A DNA stretch of 64,000 nt, taken from positions 3,549 to 67,548 of the forward strand of contig JAZDOC010000014.1 in the NCBI GenBank assembly GCA_043798935.1, read 5' to 3'. Below, piece by piece: positions 59,367-64,000 of the stretch; within the stretch, counting starts at the first letter, position 1; every line of letters starts with the position of its first letter. The position numbers and the translations under genes are program-made. The stretch is from Patescibacteria group bacterium. Lineage in GTDB: Bacteria > Patescibacteriota > Patescibacteriia > UBA9570 > JAHJKD01. The notes beneath the pieces are model-generated. The model saw nothing but the letters and a program-made list of their open reading frames with translations. It did no database searches and had not been told where the DNA came from.

Positions 59367-59905
59367 GATGCACAACCGGCTTTCATTTCATTGATTAATT
59401 CAGTGTTACTGTTGTAATCTAAATGCGCTGGCCCGCTATATCCAACAATGCCTTTACTTATACCATAATAATCATTATCAGCACTCCACATGTCGGCACA
59501 AGTATTAATTTGCATATCAAAGTTATCGAATATATAAACGATTAATTCATCTGTCATTCCCACAATTATCATTCCCTCTTCGCCTTCCGGGGCGTATCTC
59601 TCATGTTCTAGGCCGGCTAAGTCCCGAACCATTAATTTATTATCACGAGTATAATAAATTAATCCATCTTCATCTTTCACTGCATAAGGGCCTGTACCCA
59701 TGGTCCACTGGTCAAAAACTTGATCAATCGACACCGAAGGGCTAACAGTTAAACTGTAATTAGCTGTATTATCGTGATCATTATAAATCGTGTTTGGCGA
59801 TGCCTTAAAATAGTAGATTGCAATTATAATTATTGCTATAAGCAAAATAATTATTATGATAATAATAAATCTTTGAATATTAATTTTATTGTTTAAACTC
59901 ATCAA
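59363..59905 (-). CDS. Hypothetical membrane-anchored protein
   Basis: Ile-rich N-terminal TM, extracellular domain with a Cys pair. Confidence 0.7.
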   Translation of the reverse strand: MMSLNNKINIQRFIIIIIIILLIAIIIIAIYYFKASPNTIYNDHDNTANYSLTVSPSVSIDQVFDQWTMGTGPYAVKDEDGLIYYTRDNKLMVRDLAGLEHERYAPEGEEGMIIVGMTDELIVYIFDNFDMQINTCADMWSADNDYYGISKGIVGYSGPAHLDYNSNTELINEMKAGCAS

Positions 59906-59916
59906 ATATTATTAAT

Positions 59917-60543
59917 TTATAAAATTACCAATAAAACCAAATTATAGAAAAAATTAAAAACAAACTCAAATATACTGCTGCCAAAAATCATGAAGGCTAG
60001 AAGTATCCAAATACCATAAGTCTCTAAAAAAATAATAATATATCGCTGCTGATAAGACAAAAAAGAATACAAAACTTTGGAACCATCGAGCGGTGGGATC
60101 GGAATTAAGTTAAATATCATTAATATTAAATTAATCTGAATTAATGATAATAAAAATACAATCAATAAATTATCACCTGATAGATGCCCAAACATAATAA
60201 TTAATTTCAAAGCCAAGCCCACGGCTATAACCATAAGCAAATTAGAAAAAGGTCCGGCCAAAGAAACAATAGCCGGCCCAAAGCGCTTATGCTTTAAATT
60301 ATACTGATTAAACGGCACGGGTTTACCCCAGCCAAAACCAATAATCATAAGTAGCATTAAACCCATCCAGTCGATATGCGCTAGCGGATTAAAAGTAAGC
60401 CGGCCCATGGCTTGAGCCGTATCGTCCCCTTCCAGATAACTGGCATAAGCATGTGCAAATTCATGAAGTGAAATAGATATCACAATACAGATCACCCAAA
60501 TGAGAAATATTTCTGGTTTAGAAAAAAGTAAGCTGATTAACAT
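59917..60543 (-). CDS. Site-2 protease (M50) family
   Basis: HEFAH, AGP.SN, FNLIPIPPLDG. Confidence 0.95.
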   Translation of the reverse strand: MLISLLFSKPEIFLIWVICIVISISLHEFAHAYASYLEGDDTAQAMGRLTFNPLAHIDWMGLMLLMIIGFGWGKPVPFNQYNLKHKRFGPAIVSLAGPFSNLLMVIAVGLALKLIIMFGHLSGDNLLIVFLLSLIQINLILMIFNLIPIPPLDGSKVLYSFLSYQQRYIIIFLETYGIWILLAFMIFGSSIFEFVFNFFYNLVLLVIL

Positions 60544-60608
60544 TGACTTTTAAAAAATTGTTTGATAATATAGTTCAGTCCTTCTAATTATTTAATATTT
60601 TCACTAAA

Positions 60609-60800
60609 ATGTCAAAGATTAAACCAGCTAATACTTGTGCTATCTGTGGTCGCGGATACAATAAAGCCAACATTCGCTCTCATTCAAAAATCGCTACTAT
60701 CAAAAAGCAGAAGTTAAATTTACAGCCCACCATGTATAAAGGGGTAAAAGTAAAAGCTTGCACCAAATGCATTAAAACTCAAATCAAGCATCAGGCTTAA
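60609..60800 (+). CDS. rpmB: 50S ribosomal protein bL28
   Basis: CAICGR...RSHSKIAT...NLQ...CTKCIK; promoter TTGACT-17-TAATAT at 60543-60571. Confidence 0.92.
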   Translation: MSKIKPANTCAICGRGYNKANIRSHSKIATIKKQKLNLQPTMYKGVKVKACTKCIKTQIKHQA

Positions 60801-60815
60801 ACATTGTTTTTATAT

Positions 60816-60845
60816 ATAGCCCACGCCCATCAAAGGCGGGGCTAT
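60816..60845. repeat. REP-like GC-rich hairpin, copy 4
   Basis: atagcccacgcccatcaaaggcggggctat. Confidence 0.85.
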
Positions 60846-60910
60846 TTTTTTATATAAAACTCCAAACTCATAGTCTACGATTTTTTTTAATTATATAGTA
60901 TAATTAGTTC

Positions 60911-61918
60911 ATGAAGCTAGAACCCATTTATAAATCTCCAGCAATTAGTCTTTATCGATTAGCCAACAAAAATAACATTGCCTGCTATTTAGCCTCCACT
61001 CCGGAAACCAGAAAAATTTGCAACGACCCTTTTATTTACGGTGTAAATTATACAGAGAAATTAAAAAAAGCCGTAACCAAAACTTTACGCGCTCTTAAAA
61101 ATAAACATTGTTGTTTATTAAGCTCCGAAGAAAACGCTGTCATCTTCAATATTTTACGCGGTGGGCTTAATTATGGTTTACGCGAAGCATTATATAGGGC
61201 TTTTGGTTGGAGTAGACAACATAGCGCTTTCATTTCTTCCCAGCGCATTAAAGACAAAAAACATGGTTGGCATATTACGGAAAATCGTTATCAAAAAATT
61301 TATATGCCCGATGACGCCCATATTGTTTTAGGCGATGTTGTAGCCACCGGCACCAGCTTAGAACACGCTTTATTAAAATTAGTGGATATTGCCCGGGCTA
61401 AAAATAAAACCATTGCCAGCTTAACTTTTTTTACTATCGGTAGTGAATATGCGGAAAAAATTATCGCTAAGGTCGACAAAAAATGCCGACGCTACTTTCC
61501 TAATTATTTAGGTAGTTCGGTAATTTATTTCGAGGGCCGTTTCGGCATGGTGGAAGAAAAAAAAATCTTTCCCCGACCGCTGCAAATATTTTTTTCGGGT
61601 ACAGACTTACTCCGCTCCCCAGCCATCTTAACGCCAGAATTTATTCACTCACAAAAAGAATCTATTTCCTATGCTCTCGAGCGCTGTGTAATTTACGATG
61701 CCGGCTCACGCGCTTTTCATATTAAAGGTTATTTAAAAGATGTTCATAGCTATTGGCAACAAGTGGCTCAACTGGCTAAAGCTGGCCAAAAATTAGACGC
61801 ATATTTGGCGGAACGCTTTCCAGAAGACATTCGCTTAACAAATAAAAAATGGCGATTAAAATTCAGCTCGCCAAAACAATTATTACTTATTGCTAAAAAA
61901 CAACTACGTAAAAAATAA
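60911..61918 (+). CDS. Divergent type I phosphoribosyltransferase-fold protein (UPRT-like motifs)
   Basis: FNILRGGLNY and IVLGDVVATGTSL resemble the UPRT ILRAG motif and PRPP-binding loop. Confidence 0.6.
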   Translation: MKLEPIYKSPAISLYRLANKNNIACYLASTPETRKICNDPFIYGVNYTEKLKKAVTKTLRALKNKHCCLLSSEENAVIFNILRGGLNYGLREALYRAFGWSRQHSAFISSQRIKDKKHGWHITENRYQKIYMPDDAHIVLGDVVATGTSLEHALLKLVDIARAKNKTIASLTFFTIGSEYAEKIIAKVDKKCRRYFPNYLGSSVIYFEGRFGMVEEKKIFPRPLQIFFSGTDLLRSPAILTPEFIHSQKESISYALERCVIYDAGSRAFHIKGYLKDVHSYWQQVAQLAKAGQKLDAYLAERFPEDIRLTNKKWRLKFSSPKQLLLIAKKQLRKK

Positions 61919-61920
61919 AT

Positions 61921-62301
61921 TTATTTATTGGAAATAATAAAACTTACATTGCTGGCCGTTTTATTTTTTATTTCTATTTTATAATTAATTTCGTCAGTTG
62001 TGTCGTATGATTTATCGGCTACAAAATAAACAGTGTGTATTTTATTTCTTATTTTCACTTCGCTATCTTCATTGTCATCAACTTCTAAAAAATAGTAAAA
62101 ACTCAAATCTTGATTTCTAAGATGGCCTATCTGCATGGGTTCTAAAGTAAATTCTTTATTCAAGTTAATTATTTTCCCCGGAATGGCATGTAATTTTGTA
62201 TAAACTAAAAAAGGGCTGGTACCGTTAAAATATACTAAAATACCTGTACCTATTATACAGATTAACAAAACCCCGTAAACTGTTAACTTTATTTTGTTCA
62301 T
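61921..62301 (-). CDS. Hypothetical membrane-anchored protein
   Basis: N-terminal TM, small beta-rich domain. Confidence 0.65.
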   Translation of the reverse strand: MNKIKLTVYGVLLICIIGTGILVYFNGTSPFLVYTKLHAIPGKIINLNKEFTLEPMQIGHLRNQDLSFYYFLEVDDNEDSEVKIRNKIHTVYFVADKSYDTTDEINYKIEIKNKTASNVSFIISNK

Positions 62302-62324
62302 ATTGTCTTTTCACATTTTAATTT

Positions 62325-62353
62325 AAAAAACCTCTTTTGCCAAGAGGTCTTTT
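62325..62353 (-). terminator. Intrinsic terminator
   Basis: Minus-strand aaaagacctctt-ggcaa-aagaggtttttt. Confidence 0.7.
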
Positions 62354-62362
62354 AAATAATCG

Positions 62363-62398
62363 TTAGCAACAACCGCCGCCACAGCCTGGTCCAAACAT
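62363..62398 (-). CDS. Putative 11-aa micropeptide MFGPGCGGGCC
   Basis: ATG TTT GGA CCA GGC TGT GGC GGC GGT TGT TGC TAA; GC-rich island that coincides with the ORF, AT-rich leader. Confidence 0.5.
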   Translation of the reverse strand: MFGPGCGGGCC

Positions 62399-62424
62399 AT
62401 TTATTTTATATTAATTATTAATTT

Positions 62425-62610
62425 TTATTTACGAACTTTCCAGATATGCCCGCACTTTAAACATTTACACTTTCTGGCTATAAAAGGCAAGGCAAAAATA
62501 AATAAACCAGCCGATAAGAAAAACATGACAATAAAAAACCAACTTACCCGACTTTTGACTTTTATTTCTTTTCCGCCACAATGTGCGCAGTGATCGCTTA
62601 ATATTTTCAT
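62425..62610 (-). CDS. LITAF-like membrane zinc-ribbon protein
   Basis: CAHC - hydrophobic segment - CLKC. Confidence 0.7.
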   Translation of the reverse strand: MKILSDHCAHCGGKEIKVKSRVSWFFIVMFFLSAGLFIFALPFIARKCKCLKCGHIWKVRK

Positions 62611-62638
62611 GTATTTTATTATAGCGCAATTTAATAAA

Positions 62639-64000
62639 TCAAGAAACCTTTCGTAATTTTATTTTTATTTTAACCAAAACCGCAATATATAAATAATAAA
62701 TAACCGGAATAATGATAAGTACAAATATTACCGACGCCACTAAACCAGAAATGATTGTGGTTCCCATGCCCCGCCAATAATATTGCGTGATAGTAAGCGG
62801 TAAAATACCAGCAATGGTAGTAAGTGTCGTAGCCAAAATCGGTCGAGTGCGCTGACTTACACCTTCTAAAATCGCTTGGGTTAAAGTATATTGTTTATCG
62901 GCACGCAATTTATTGAACTTGTCAATTAGAATAATAGAGTTATTAACAACTATGCCCATTAATACCACCATGCCAAGAAGCGCCATGAAACTAACCGGTA
63001 AACCTAAGATAAACAAAGCCGGAAAAACACCAATGATAGCCAACGGTATGGCCAGCATTATAATAAATGGTTGAACAAAAGATTTAAACTGAAACGTAAG
63101 CAAAGCATAAATTGCAATTAATGAAACAACCATCATCATGCCAAAATCATCAAAAGCCTGGGTTTCGCTTTCCATATCACCACGATAACTAATGGCATTA
63201 CTTTCTAAATTTAAATTATTCAATTTATCATTGGTAAAATAATTTTCTATCTCCGAATTAACTTTTGATGCTACAACACTATCTTCCAAGCTTACTTTTA
63301 CTTCTACATATCTTTTCTTGGCGAAGTGGTTGATAGATTTTAAATTTTCTGTTTGTCTAACCTCGGCAATATCAGCTAATTTAACGCTACCCAAAGACAA
63401 GCCTTTAAGCTTAGCCAAAGTTAAATCATCTTCAAAACCAAGATTAACTTCAATGTTTTTTTTAGTTGCTTCATCTTGTAAATCCATTATTTTTTCCGGA
63501 TTATACAAACTGCGAATAACACCGGCTACTTGAATTGGGAGTAACCCAGCTTGAACTGTTTTTTCACGATCTAAAGAAACTGTAATTTGTGGTGCTTTAT
63601 CTTCACTTACTCCATCATCAACTTTTTTAACTCCAGCCATTATTTTTAAATGAGCGGCTAAATCTAAAGCGGCTGTTTCTAACGTTTCTAAATCATCACC
63701 GGAAATCTGTACCTCTACTGGATATTCAGCCGTCGGCGGACCCTGAGTAAAGTTTTCTGCTATTATCTCCACATCCTGAATTTTATCAAGTTCGGTTTGC
63801 AGAATTGTAATGATTTCCTTGTTTTTAACAGTCATTTTATCTTTAGCCACCAAATTAACGATAAACTGAGTTTGATCGCTAATCTGACCATTCATATAAA
63901 AACTAAACGGGGCAAAATTAACTAAATTTTGTTTGATAATATCACTCGTTCCATAGGAATTAGATATAACATCAGTCATTTCTTTGATTTTGTCCTCTTT
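62639..64000 (-). CDS. RND efflux permease (AcrB/AcrD/AcrF family), 5' part outside window
   Basis: QFKSFVQPFIIM..IPL, GIVVNNSIILID, RTRPILATTLTT. Confidence 0.93.
   Translation of the reverse strand, partial: KEDKIKEMTDVISNSYGTSDIIKQNLVNFAPFSFYMNGQISDQTQFIVNLVAKDKMTVKNKEIITILQTELDKIQDVEIIAENFTQGPPTAEYPVEVQISGDDLETLETAALDLAAHLKIMAGVKKVDDGVSEDKAPQITVSLDREKTVQAGLLPIQVAGVIRSLYNPEKIMDLQDEATKKNIEVNLGFEDDLTLAKLKGLSLGSVKLADIAEVRQTENLKSINHFAKKRYVEVKVSLEDSVVASKVNSEIENYFTNDKLNNLNLESNAISYRGDMESETQAFDDFGMMMVVSLIAIYALLTFQFKSFVQPFIIMLAIPLAIIGVFPALFILGLPVSFMALLGMVVLMGIVVNNSIILIDKFNKLRADKQYTLTQAILEGVSQRTRPILATTLTTIAGILPLTITQYYWRGMGTTIISGLVASVIFVLIIIPVIYYLYIAVLVKIKIKLRKVS

Noticed and set aside
1-64000. Prophage, integrase, transposase, Cas or other defence genes; alternative genetic code 25
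   Set aside because: No such motifs in the ORF track; TGA terminates genes cleanly (e.g. yqeY, the methyltransferase)

Overview
AT-rich bacterial chromosomal window, mostly minus-strand, standard code 11 (TGA is used as a stop). It is very probably Patescibacteria/CPR, possibly ABY1-type. This is an inference from the missing uL30 between rpsE and rplO, the giant pilin-headed Ig/IPT protein, a HQLRTP-type sensor kinase and leaders that lack Shine-Dalgarno (SD) sites. Core content: the str/S10/spc superoperon (rpsL to secY-adk-map), dnaB-ybaB-recR, hisS-HIT, rpsU-yqeY...ybeY-dgkA-ftsA-ftsZ, LCP-der-pth, mtaB beside tRNA-Lys(UUU), and an NrdR-boxed class III RNR operon. Best signals that gene annotation does not explain: (1) a promoter-driven ~240-nt minus-strand RNA (26084-26324) with a 26-bp helix and two loops displaying anti-SD CCUCC; (2) rpsU is the only gene inspected with a strong SD, suggesting bS21 autoregulation and a possible target for that RNA; (3) a 2725-aa adhesin with pilin-like domains at both ends plus two Ca-binding membrane anchors, wired into the rpsU-ftsZ operon; (4) an esterase-methyltransferase-sensor kinase-micropeptide operon; (5) NrdD split so that the glycyl-radical loop is a separate 56-aa ORF; (6) a terminator/antiterminator switch between rpsJ and rplC; (7) an 11-aa MFGPGCGGGCC micro-ORF; (8) two families of REP-like hairpins. 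All folds, motifs and small ORFs were read by eye; no database search or folding program was run.
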